A DNA stretch of 64,000 bases, from the NCBI GenBank assembly GCA_965242925.1, contig CBDEUM010000038.1, positions 224,001 through 288,000 on the forward strand, in the 5' to 3' direction. The notes beneath the pieces are model-generated. The model saw nothing but the letters and a program-made list of their open reading frames with translations, ran no database searches and was not told where the DNA came from. A program made the translations under genes and the position numbers. The DNA comes from Roseibacillus sp. (GTDB taxonomy: Bacteria > Verrucomicrobiota > Verrucomicrobiia > Verrucomicrobiales > Akkermansiaceae). The first letter of the stretch is position 1, and the number at the start of each line of letters is the position of its first letter. This document shows, piece by piece, positions 20,160 to 28,554 of this stretch.

Positions 20160-21689
20160 TCAAGAGGCATTCCCCGCTGAATGCCTTATTGGGATCGGAG
20201 GTTTCCTGCGTCGTGCGCGGGCGGGTGGTGCCGCGAGGGCAAAGTCGATCCGTTGCCGGGCACTGTCAACCTTCGCGACCTTGACTTGGACGCGGTCTCC
20301 AACGCGGATGAGTCGGCGGGATCGGCGGCCGCGGATCTGCCGTCGGGCTGAATCGAAATCGTAACGGTCATCCTTGAGCAGGTTGCGGGGGACGAGACCG
20401 CCCATGCCCAATTCCTCGATGTCCACGAAGAAGCCGTAGGGGACTATTCCCGTGACGAGGGCGGTGAAGGTCTTTGCCTTGCCCTGCCGCAACTGATTCC
20501 TGAGGTAGTCACATAGCTTGGAGCGCTTGCTGTCCCGTTCGGCCTCGCTGGAGGCCCGTTCGGTGGCCGAGAGATGCTCGGCAACGCGGCGCAGATCGCC
20601 GGGGCTGCTGCCACTCTTCTGGAAGAGGGACCGGTGGACAAGTAAATCGGCATAGCGCCGGATGGGGGAGGTGAAGTGGGCGTAGTTTTCCTTGGCGAGT
20701 CCGTAGTGGCCCAGCGACCGGGTGGCATAGCGGGCGCGGGGGAGGGTCCGGAGAAAGCCGATCCTGAGGGCGGGTCCGATGCTGGATTTATCCAGTCGCC
20801 CCAGGAGTTTCCGGACTTCCTCAGGTTTGCAGAGATCGCCACAGGGGATCCGGAGGAGGCGGACTTCCGCACGAAACTCCCGGAGACGATCAGGATCGGG
20901 TTGCTCATGCACCCGGTGAATGCCGGGTCTGCGCAGTTGAAGGAGCCGGGTGGCGACGGCTTCGTTAGCGAGGAGCATGAACTCCTCGATGAGTTGATGG
21001 GACTGGTCGTGCTGGACCTGCTCAATATCAATGACCCGGCCCCGTCGATCGAGACGGAGGCAGGTTTCCGGGGAAGAGAATTCCAGTGAGCCAGCCCGGA
21101 GGCGGCGGGCGCGAAGTTTCTGGGCGAGGTGATCGGCCTGCTGGATCATGCGTTCAAGGCCGTTGGTGGCCTTGCCCCCGATAACGCACATGGCGTCTTC
21201 ATAGGTGAAGCGGTGGCGGGAGCGGATGACGGCGGACGAGAATCTGGTCCGGAGGATCTGTCCGTCATCCGAGAGAAGAAACTCCACGCATTTTGTCAGG
21301 CGTTCGACACCGGGCAGAAGGGAGCAGAGGTTGTTGCTGAGGGACTCGGGCAGCATCGGGATGACGCGGTCGGGCAGATAGGTCGAATTGCCGCGCAGAC
21401 GGGCCTCCCGGTCGAGAGAGGATCCGGGCTTCACGTAGTGTGAGACGTCCGCAATATGGATGCGCAGTTCCCAGGGGCCCCTGCGGGTCCGGCGCAGCGA
21501 GAAGGCGTCGTCGAAGTCGCGGGCAGAGGCGGGGTCGATGGTGATGACCGGGTGTTGGCGGCAATCGGTGCGATTGGCGATTTCCCGGGGTTGAACGTTG
21601 GTTCCGAGGCGTTTTGCTTCGAGGAGGACCTTCCGAGGAAAGACCTCACGGAGGGAGGATCCCGACTTTGGACGGGATATTGATTTCAT
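20160..21689 (-). CDS. RNB-domain exoribonuclease (RNase R/II family) with S1 domain, lacking N-terminal cold-shock domains
   Basis: TIDPASARDFDDA; HIADVSHYV; IEEFMLLAN; HFTSPIRRYADL; C-terminal S1 and basic tail. Confidence 0.9.
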   Translation of the reverse strand: MKSISRPKSGSSLREVFPRKVLLEAKRLGTNVQPREIANRTDCRQHPVITIDPASARDFDDAFSLRRTRRGPWELRIHIADVSHYVKPGSSLDREARLRGNSTYLPDRVIPMLPESLSNNLCSLLPGVERLTKCVEFLLSDDGQILRTRFSSAVIRSRHRFTYEDAMCVIGGKATNGLERMIQQADHLAQKLRARRLRAGSLEFSSPETCLRLDRRGRVIDIEQVQHDQSHQLIEEFMLLANEAVATRLLQLRRPGIHRVHEQPDPDRLREFRAEVRLLRIPCGDLCKPEEVRKLLGRLDKSSIGPALRIGFLRTLPRARYATRSLGHYGLAKENYAHFTSPIRRYADLLVHRSLFQKSGSSPGDLRRVAEHLSATERASSEAERDSKRSKLCDYLRNQLRQGKAKTFTALVTGIVPYGFFVDIEELGMGGLVPRNLLKDDRYDFDSARRQIRGRRSRRLIRVGDRVQVKVAKVDSARQRIDFALAAPPARARRRKPPIPIRHSAGNAS

Positions 21690-21714
21690 GGTACGTGTAA
21701 TTGTGGATTGGTGC

Positions 21715-21854
21715 TTGCGCGTCGGGCGGACAGGGCGTTCGCGGAGAGACGCGCAAAATGCTGCCGGCGGGTAGGCTCGGCGCGTGACCCGAGAGGGGGT
21801 CACCCAAGACTTCCGGTAGGGAAGTTCCGCCCCGAAGGTGACAGCGGTTCTCGG
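21715..21854 (-). promoter_or_regulatory. Putative structured 5' leader (several hairpins) of the RNB gene
   Basis: Inverted repeats 21715-23/21748-56 (9 bp), 21784-90/21797-803 (7 bp), 21809-14/21820-25 (6 bp). Confidence 0.45.
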
Positions 21855-21889
21855 GAATGCAAGTGGAAAGGAGGAGCGTCAGCGGCGGG

Positions 21890-23446
21890 TCATCTACCCT
21901 TGATCACTCGACCGCTCTTCTTGTGTTTCCATGTGAATTTCTCGTGATCGAAGACGAAGGCTTTCTTGGGATCGGCGGGAGAGGCGGGAGCAGGGGGGAT
22001 CCATTGCCTGGCTCCCCTGATTGCGCTCGTGTGTCCGGGATCCCGTGCGAGGTTTGTCCTCTCTTCGGGGTCGTTGTGGTGATCGTAGACTTCCCATTGT
22101 CCGGTCGTGTAGCGAATGACGCGGTAGCGCGTGGTGCGGACTGCGACATGTCCCGATTCCTCAATCGTGAGGGCAGGACGCTCGCGTGCCTTGTCAGGTT
22201 CGACGAGCCAGGGGACGAGGCTGATGCCGTCAAGTTTGCCCGCCCGGGGCAGGCCGCAGAGTTCGATAAGGGTCGGAAAGATGTCGACCAGACTGACGGG
22301 TTGGGTGCAGCGCTGTCCGGCCATCCCGAACCCGGGTGCGACGATGATGAAGGGAACGCGCGTGGATTCCTCCCATAGCGTGCGCTTGTGCCAGTGTCCT
22401 TTTTCGCCGAGGTGCCATCCGTGATCGGACCAGAGGACGACGATGGTGTCCCGGGCCGCAGGGCTTTTATCCAAGGCGTTGAGGACGCGGCCCACGAGGG
22501 CATCAGCGAAGGAGATGCTCGCGAGATAGTGTCGGACGGCGATCCTCCACTTGCCGGTTTGGCGGAGTCGCGCGAGGTCATCCGATTTGCGTCGAGCGAG
22601 CTTGCGGCCAGCTTCAGGAACGTCGTTCAGGTCGTCAGGGAGGTCTTCCGGCACGACGACGCGATCGAGGGGATAGAGATCGAGGTACTTTTGCGGAATA
22701 TACCAGGGAAGGTGAGGGTGGAAGATGCCACAGGCGAGGAAGAACGGTTTGTCGTGTCCGCGTTGGGGGAGGTTCTTGAGGTAATTGACTGCGTAGTCGG
22801 CGACCAGGACATCATCGTAGGCGTCCTCGGGTTGGGGCAGGATGCCCCAGTCCGCCTCTTCGGAATAGAGTTTGATGCCGGAGTAAGGGAACTCGCCGGG
22901 ACGGGGTTTTGCGGAAGTCCACGGATACAGACGGGAACCGTGTCGAATCCAGCCGTTATCATTGAAGAGGTTGCGCTGGAATTGATCCCACTGGCCGGGC
23001 GGATTGTTACCGGCGGTATGATGGTAGATTTTTCCGGCGCCCACGGTGTGGTAGCCATTTTCGCGAAAGTGGACAGGGATGGTGCGAAGCTCCGGGAGGT
23101 TGGGTTTCCACCAGTGCTGATTGTTGTAGATGCCGGTGGAGGTGGGGAGCAGTCCGCTCATCACGGAAGCCCGGCTGGGACAGCACACCGGAGCGGTGCA
23201 ATGGGCATTGGTGAAAGCGGTGCCGCGGGCAGCCAGGCGATCGAGATTGGGGGTGTGCACCTTGCCGGGGTATCCGCCAAGGAATCCGACCCAGTCGTTG
23301 AGATCGTCGAGGGCGAGGAAGAGAACATTCTTCTGCGGGGCGGCGCCGGCAGACGAGACCGGGAGGTAACCCGGGAGGAGGATGGAGAAGGCGAGCAGGA
23401 GGCGTAACACTCTTTTTATTCCAGCAGGAGAACAGGAATTCGGCAA
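21890..23446 (-). CDS. Sulfatase (iduronate-2-sulfatase/choline-sulfatase-like S1)
   Basis: NVLFLALDDL; CCPSR; GKIYH; PHLPW; WSDHGWHLGEK; LWEESTRVP. Confidence 0.92.
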   Translation of the reverse strand: MPNSCSPAGIKRVLRLLLAFSILLPGYLPVSSAGAAPQKNVLFLALDDLNDWVGFLGGYPGKVHTPNLDRLAARGTAFTNAHCTAPVCCPSRASVMSGLLPTSTGIYNNQHWWKPNLPELRTIPVHFRENGYHTVGAGKIYHHTAGNNPPGQWDQFQRNLFNDNGWIRHGSRLYPWTSAKPRPGEFPYSGIKLYSEEADWGILPQPEDAYDDVLVADYAVNYLKNLPQRGHDKPFFLACGIFHPHLPWYIPQKYLDLYPLDRVVVPEDLPDDLNDVPEAGRKLARRKSDDLARLRQTGKWRIAVRHYLASISFADALVGRVLNALDKSPAARDTIVVLWSDHGWHLGEKGHWHKRTLWEESTRVPFIIVAPGFGMAGQRCTQPVSLVDIFPTLIELCGLPRAGKLDGISLVPWLVEPDKARERPALTIEESGHVAVRTTRYRVIRYTTGQWEVYDHHNDPEERTNLARDPGHTSAIRGARQWIPPAPASPADPKKAFVFDHEKFTWKHKKSGRVIKGR

Positions 23447-23467
23447 GATTTGCCTCTGCTCTGGTGA

Positions 23468-26400
23468 TTGACTCCGGGCCTGATTTTCCGATGCTGGATG
23501 TGCCCCGTGAAACGTCTGCTAGTTATTGGTGCGCCCCTGGTGCTCGCTTCTGCCACCTCGGTCGAGGCGCAATTCAGTTTCACCGAGCAAGGAGACCTTC
23601 TGAGTGAGGTGTCCCTCAGCGGAGCGCCCATGGCAGTGGTTGATATGAATGGCGATGGCCGGGACGACCTGATCCGCCTCCATGAAACCGATCGACTTCT
23701 GATTGACTACCAGGAAGGGCCCGGCGAGCCATTTTCGTCCTACGTTTATGGAGAGATTCCCCGTGGTTCGATCTGGGCGGTGTGTGCGGCGGACGTTGAT
23801 CGCAATGGATTCAACGATCTCTTCCTTGGTCCTTCCTCGGGAGGAGCCTTTCTGCTGAAGGCCGATGCGGTCGGGACGTCCTATGCCCTGGTAGGGCTGC
23901 CCGATCGCGACATCTTCGTGCAGGGTTCCATCTTTGCGGATTTCAACAATGACGGGAATGTCGACATTTTCGCCTGTGACGACAATGACGACAACCATCG
24001 CTATCGCAATGATGGCACCGGGGAATTCCTGCTGGAACCGGGGCTGGTTGGCGACTCTCTGTCATCCAGTGTCTCAAGTGGAAACTACGCCGCGATCCAG
24101 ATCGATTACGACAACGATGGGCACGGCGACATGTATCTCTCCAAGTGCCGGCTCGGAGTGGCTGACTCGACCGATCGACGGCGCATAAATCGCCTCTTCC
24201 GCAACGATGGAACCAACAGCTACTCTGATGAGGGGTCGGCTGCCGGATTGGACGATGGGGAGCAGTCATGGTGTGCGGATTTCGCGGACATCGATAATGA
24301 CGGGGATCTCGATTGTTTCGTTCTCAACCACGGTCCGGGGGCGTCGAAGTTGTTCGAGAATGACGGATCGGGTTCCTTCACGGATATCAGCGCGAGCGCC
24401 GGGCTGGCAGGTATCAATTACTTCGGAATCCAGGCGCTCTTCCGGGACTTTGACAATGATGCGTTTGTCGATCTCCTGGTGACTGCCTCGAACCTGGGAG
24501 GTTCAGAAGCAACCTATCGCCTCTACCGTAACAATGGAGACAGATCGTTCACCCGTGCATCCAATGTCCTGCAAACCGGGGGAGAGACACCGATATCTTA
24601 TCTGCATTCGTGTGCTCTGGGTGATTTCAACCACGACGGGTTCGTGGATATTTTCGGCGGACGCGGGACGCTTTACAACGAACCCTCGGATGATCAACGG
24701 GACCTCGTGTTTCTGAACGATGGGAACGCCAATCATTTCCTTGGGGTTCAGCTTCGTGGACGGCTCTCCAATGCAAATGGGATCGGTGCCCGGATTGAAT
24801 TACATGGAAGCTGGGGTGTGCAGCTGCGCGAAGTGCGGGCGGGGGAAGGTTATGGGATCCAGAACTCGCTCACGAAGATCTTCGGACTGGGCAGCACCAC
24901 CGAGATAAGAAAACTGGTCGTGAGGTGGCCTTCAGGGATCAGGGAAGAGATCCCCGCGCCGGCAGCGGACCAGTTCATCCAGTTGGTGGAGGGCGATACG
25001 TGGGAGAGCGGTGACTTCAGTCAGCCTCTCATCGTGAGCCCGCTCGCGACCAGCATGATTGTTGATGAACCTTTGCGTTACCGGGTGGCGACGAGCAACC
25101 TGAGTCTTTCCTTTTCCATCGGAGATGGTCCCCCGGGGATGATGGTCGATGCCAAGAGCGGGGTGTTGAGCTGGACGCCGAGGGCAGAGGGAGTGGAGGA
25201 GGTGGAGATCAGGGCCAGTAATCCGGCCGGGGTAACAAGTGAGAGGCTCGCCATCACGGTGGTGCCGGCACCGCCACCTCCCGATTTCGCTTCAGCGATC
25301 AACAACAGTAACCTGATCTTCGCGACCTCGGAGACACCCTGGATTGTGCAGGAACAGGAGAGCCGCGAGGATGGTCAGGCCTTGCAGAGCGGAGCGATCA
25401 ATGATGATGAGCACTCCTGGGTGGAGACCACGGTGGAGGGCCCCGGTGACCTGCAGTTCTGGTGGAAAGTGTCCTCGGAGGAGGACTACGATCAACTGGT
25501 CTTCCAGGTGGACGGCATTCCGGTGGAGGAAATCAGCGGAGAGACAGGCTGGCGAATGGTGTCGTATGAGGTGCCGGAAGGGACGCGTCGACTGAGCTGG
25601 TCCTACGAGAAGGATGGTTCGCTGTCCAATCACGACGATGTGGGGTATCTCGACGAGATCTCTTGGATGGCCACTGACAGCGATGGGGATGGACTGCCGG
25701 ACGATTGGGAACGGGCTCATTTTGGCGACCTGTCCGCCGGGGTCGGCGATGACCCGGATGGTGACCTGAGCGGTAACGGGGAGGAATGGACAGCGGCTAC
25801 GGATCCCAACGATCCCACCTCGATGCTCCGAATCCTGCGGGTTACGAGGGAGGTGACCGGCGTCAATGAGGTGGTTTTTCAGAGTGTGGCCGGCAAAAGG
25901 TATGTCATTGAATCCTCCGCCACGTTACGGAACTTCCAGAGTGTCACGGAGGAGATTGCCGCGGGAGGGGACACCACCACGGCCACTGTGCTTCTCCATG
26001 CTCCCGGTTCGGCCCGGGAAATCATCTACGTGGCCTCCAATGCGGAAGGCAGGGCCCTTGTGCCGGTTCGTAGTCTGGATGGACTGTGGCGGGGAGGGAA
26101 TGAAGCGGAATTTGCGGCAGCAGGCGGGGAGATCGACTGGGATGCTGTTACCCAGGGGATCGGCTATGATCAGAACCAGACAACCTATGATCAGTTCATC
26201 GGAAGTGACCTGCAGACGGCAATGTATCGCAATCACCCGACTGCCTACCTGCGTCTTCCGTTCAATGTAGACAATCCGTTGCAGATCATCAGCCTGAAGC
26301 TGGAAGTGCGTTACGACGACGGCTTTGCTGCCTGGGTGAATGGCGTTCCGGTAGCGAGAGACAATGTTCCGGGAGGGGAACTCAGCTGGAATTCTTTGGC

Positions 26401-26620
26401 GCCCTCCAGTCGCCCGGACAGTCAGGCCGTCAGTTTCAACGTGTTTGACCTGGGAGCGTATGCAGACACTCTCCGGAAGGGACGAAACATCCTCGCGCTG
26501 CAGGGGCTCAACCGGGCTTCTACCAATCGTGACTTTCTCCTGCAGGCCAGATTAAGTGGCGAGGAGGGAGAACTGCTCATGCCGCCCGGTCATTACTTTC
26601 GCGTCCGGGTGGTCGAGTAG
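23468..26620 (+). CDS. Secreted FG-GAP/ASPIC-UnbV protein with Ig-like and beta-sandwich domains; start uncertain
   Basis: DxDNDG repeats; GEGYGIQNSLTKIFGLG..VRWPSG; PPGMMVD..GVLSWTP (He_PIG-like); FWWKVSSE..YD; DSDGDGLPDDWE. Confidence 0.88.
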   Translation: MTPGLIFRCWMCPVKRLLVIGAPLVLASATSVEAQFSFTEQGDLLSEVSLSGAPMAVVDMNGDGRDDLIRLHETDRLLIDYQEGPGEPFSSYVYGEIPRGSIWAVCAADVDRNGFNDLFLGPSSGGAFLLKADAVGTSYALVGLPDRDIFVQGSIFADFNNDGNVDIFACDDNDDNHRYRNDGTGEFLLEPGLVGDSLSSSVSSGNYAAIQIDYDNDGHGDMYLSKCRLGVADSTDRRRINRLFRNDGTNSYSDEGSAAGLDDGEQSWCADFADIDNDGDLDCFVLNHGPGASKLFENDGSGSFTDISASAGLAGINYFGIQALFRDFDNDAFVDLLVTASNLGGSEATYRLYRNNGDRSFTRASNVLQTGGETPISYLHSCALGDFNHDGFVDIFGGRGTLYNEPSDDQRDLVFLNDGNANHFLGVQLRGRLSNANGIGARIELHGSWGVQLREVRAGEGYGIQNSLTKIFGLGSTTEIRKLVVRWPSGIREEIPAPAADQFIQLVEGDTWESGDFSQPLIVSPLATSMIVDEPLRYRVATSNLSLSFSIGDGPPGMMVDAKSGVLSWTPRAEGVEEVEIRASNPAGVTSERLAITVVPAPPPPDFASAINNSNLIFATSETPWIVQEQESREDGQALQSGAINDDEHSWVETTVEGPGDLQFWWKVSSEEDYDQLVFQVDGIPVEEISGETGWRMVSYEVPEGTRRLSWSYEKDGSLSNHDDVGYLDEISWMATDSDGDGLPDDWERAHFGDLSAGVGDDPDGDLSGNGEEWTAATDPNDPTSMLRILRVTREVTGVNEVVFQSVAGKRYVIESSATLRNFQSVTEEIAAGGDTTTATVLLHAPGSAREIIYVASNAEGRALVPVRSLDGLWRGGNEAEFAAAGGEIDWDAVTQGIGYDQNQTTYDQFIGSDLQTAMYRNHPTAYLRLPFNVDNPLQIISLKLEVRYDDGFAAWVNGVPVARDNVPGGELSWNSLAPSSRPDSQAVSFNVFDLGAYADTLRKGRNILALQGLNRASTNRDFLLQARLSGEEGELLMPPGHYFRVRVVE

Positions 26621-27294
26621 TTGCGGAATGGTATCCAGAGGAGGAGGAAGAGGAATGCTCCGATCAGGATCATCCAGAGGATCCTGATCGGATAGGGGCC
26701 GAGGAGATCGACGGGCGTAGGTGCACCGGGAACGTTGTTGCCCAGAAAACCGTAGTTCCAGCCTGTGAAGGCGTCGATGATGGAAAGAAGAATTACGTAG
26801 GTGAGGGTGAAGAGTGAGCTGTGAAGGAGGTCCCGGAAGGAAGGGCGGAAGTGTTCGGAGCGGCAAATGTGGACCAGTGCGAAGATGATGAAACCGTGAT
26901 AAATCCAGAAGATCCAGAATCCCCAGTTTCCGGGCCCCTCTCCCAGGGTGGGCGTCAGGAAGGCCCACAGGTAGAGGCAGGCCCAGAAGTAGATGATTCC
27001 CTGGAAGAGACGGATGCCCTTGAGGATTGCGAGAGCACCGAAGACGTTGGCCGCGTTACAGAAATGAAGGGGCAGGCTTTTCGCCAGATCAAAGCGTTCG
27101 GGTAGCATCCAGTAGCCCGTGTTGAGGATCCAGGCGACGACGCAGCCCCAGCCCACGAATAGTCGGAGAAGGCGTTGATGGGATTCGGGGGACTCGCGCC
27201 GGATGGCGAGCGCCAGCAGCGCCGCGGCCACCGCGATGACCGCCAGAGTGACGAGATGGGTGGTGTTTCCAGTCTGGAAGTTGGCAAGGATCAT
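26593..27294 (-). CDS. Integral membrane protein, YwaF/TIGR02206-like
   Basis: SLPLHFCN, FWIYHG, NYGFL and LLGPYP motifs; multiple TM segments; ATG at 27294. Confidence 0.8.
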   Translation of the reverse strand: MILANFQTGNTTHLVTLAVIAVAAALLALAIRRESPESHQRLLRLFVGWGCVVAWILNTGYWMLPERFDLAKSLPLHFCNAANVFGALAILKGIRLFQGIIYFWACLYLWAFLTPTLGEGPGNWGFWIFWIYHGFIIFALVHICRSEHFRPSFRDLLHSSLFTLTYVILLSIIDAFTGWNYGFLGNNVPGAPTPVDLLGPYPIRILWMILIGAFLFLLLWIPFRNYSTTRTRK

Positions 27295-27446
27295 GAGGAG
27301 AGGAGAGGGCCTGAGCGGGACCGTCGAGGAAGATCGGTTTGTTCCCGTGTTGCCATCTAGTTGAGGAATTGTAGGGCAGCAGAGGGAAGAGGATTGGCAA
27401 CAGGAGGAATGATCATGCGGAGGCAGGCATGGAAGGAGCGGGGATT

Positions 27447-28160
27447 TCAATCACGGGTCGCCGCTCTTTTGATGGCGGCCCGTGCGAGAAGCCGGGTGGA
27501 GTCGAGGGTGGGCAGAGGGGAGACTTGGTCGTTGAGGATGAGAGGAAGTTCGGTGCAGCCCAGCACAACGGCGTCGCACTGATGTTCGTCATGGAGTCGT
27601 TCGATGACGTTGAGGAGGGTAGAGCGATCCTCTCTGGTAACCCGGTTGAAGACGAGGTGATCAAAGATGAGGGTGTTGATGGATGAGCGCTCGTCAGCGT
27701 TGGGCGTGATCGTCTTGATGCCGAGAGGGGCCAGTTTGGCTGGATAGACCGGTCCCTCCATGAGATATCTGGTGCCGAGGATGGCTAGGCGTTGGAACCC
27801 ACGGGTGTGAGCCTCCCGGGCGACTACCTCGGCAATATGGAGCCACGGGAGGATTGCTTCCAGGCTGGCGTGCTCCATGGCTTCGTGCACGGTGTTGTCG
27901 GGACAGATGGCGAAGTCCGCTCCGAGGGTGCCGAGTTTGGAGCAGGAGTCGGTCAGGAGGTTCGCGATGGCGGGCCAGTTTCCCTCTTTGAGGAGGCGGC
28001 AGTACTCACCGAAGCTGAAGGAGTGGAGGACGATCTCCGGGTGATGGTGGGAGCCGAGCAACTCTCCGCATTCCGCAGTAATCGTTTCGTAACAGAGAGC
28101 CGCTCCGGGTCCGCTGCAGGCCACGATCCCGATGGTCTGAGCCTTTCTCCAGTCTTGCAT
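27447..28160 (-). CDS. Aspartate/glutamate racemase family protein
   Basis: GADFAICPDNTVH; LHIA; LGTRYLM; VLGCTELP. Confidence 0.88.
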   Translation of the reverse strand: MQDWRKAQTIGIVACSGPGAALCYETITAECGELLGSHHHPEIVLHSFSFGEYCRLLKEGNWPAIANLLTDSCSKLGTLGADFAICPDNTVHEAMEHASLEAILPWLHIAEVVAREAHTRGFQRLAILGTRYLMEGPVYPAKLAPLGIKTITPNADERSSINTLIFDHLVFNRVTREDRSTLLNVIERLHDEHQCDAVVLGCTELPLILNDQVSPLPTLDSTRLLARAAIKRAATRD

Positions 28161-28554
28161 GGCAGGAGAGCTAACCCGGAAGAGTTGAGTTCTCCACCGC
28201 TATTTCGGAGGGACGGTAAGAAGGTTTGACCCTTTTGCCCCAAGAGGATCTGATCCTAACCAAGATCTTTGTTTGCAGGGTGAAGGCAGGTGGGCGTTCC
28301 CGTGAGCCGGGGCGTTGTATCGTCCAGAGTGACGACATAGCGGGTATTGATGCTCCGGATCCGGCTGGCCGGGCAAGTCCGGGTTGGATGTCATCTTTGG
28401 CGTGCTTATCATGTCCCCAGGGGCGCCGAAGGGTAGGGGCGGGGACGGGTGAATTCCGAATCCCTCGAACAGGTGACCGGGATTTGGGTGAAATAGCCGG
28501 GAAATCTCCATAAAACCGTTGCCTTTTGGGAAAGGGCTCACCATGTTCCGCGCC

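Noticed and set aside
21760..21860. Match to c-di-AMP (ydaO), FMN or cobalamin riboswitch
   Set aside because: Only short fragments resemble them; the conserved cores are missing. Kept as an unclassified leader
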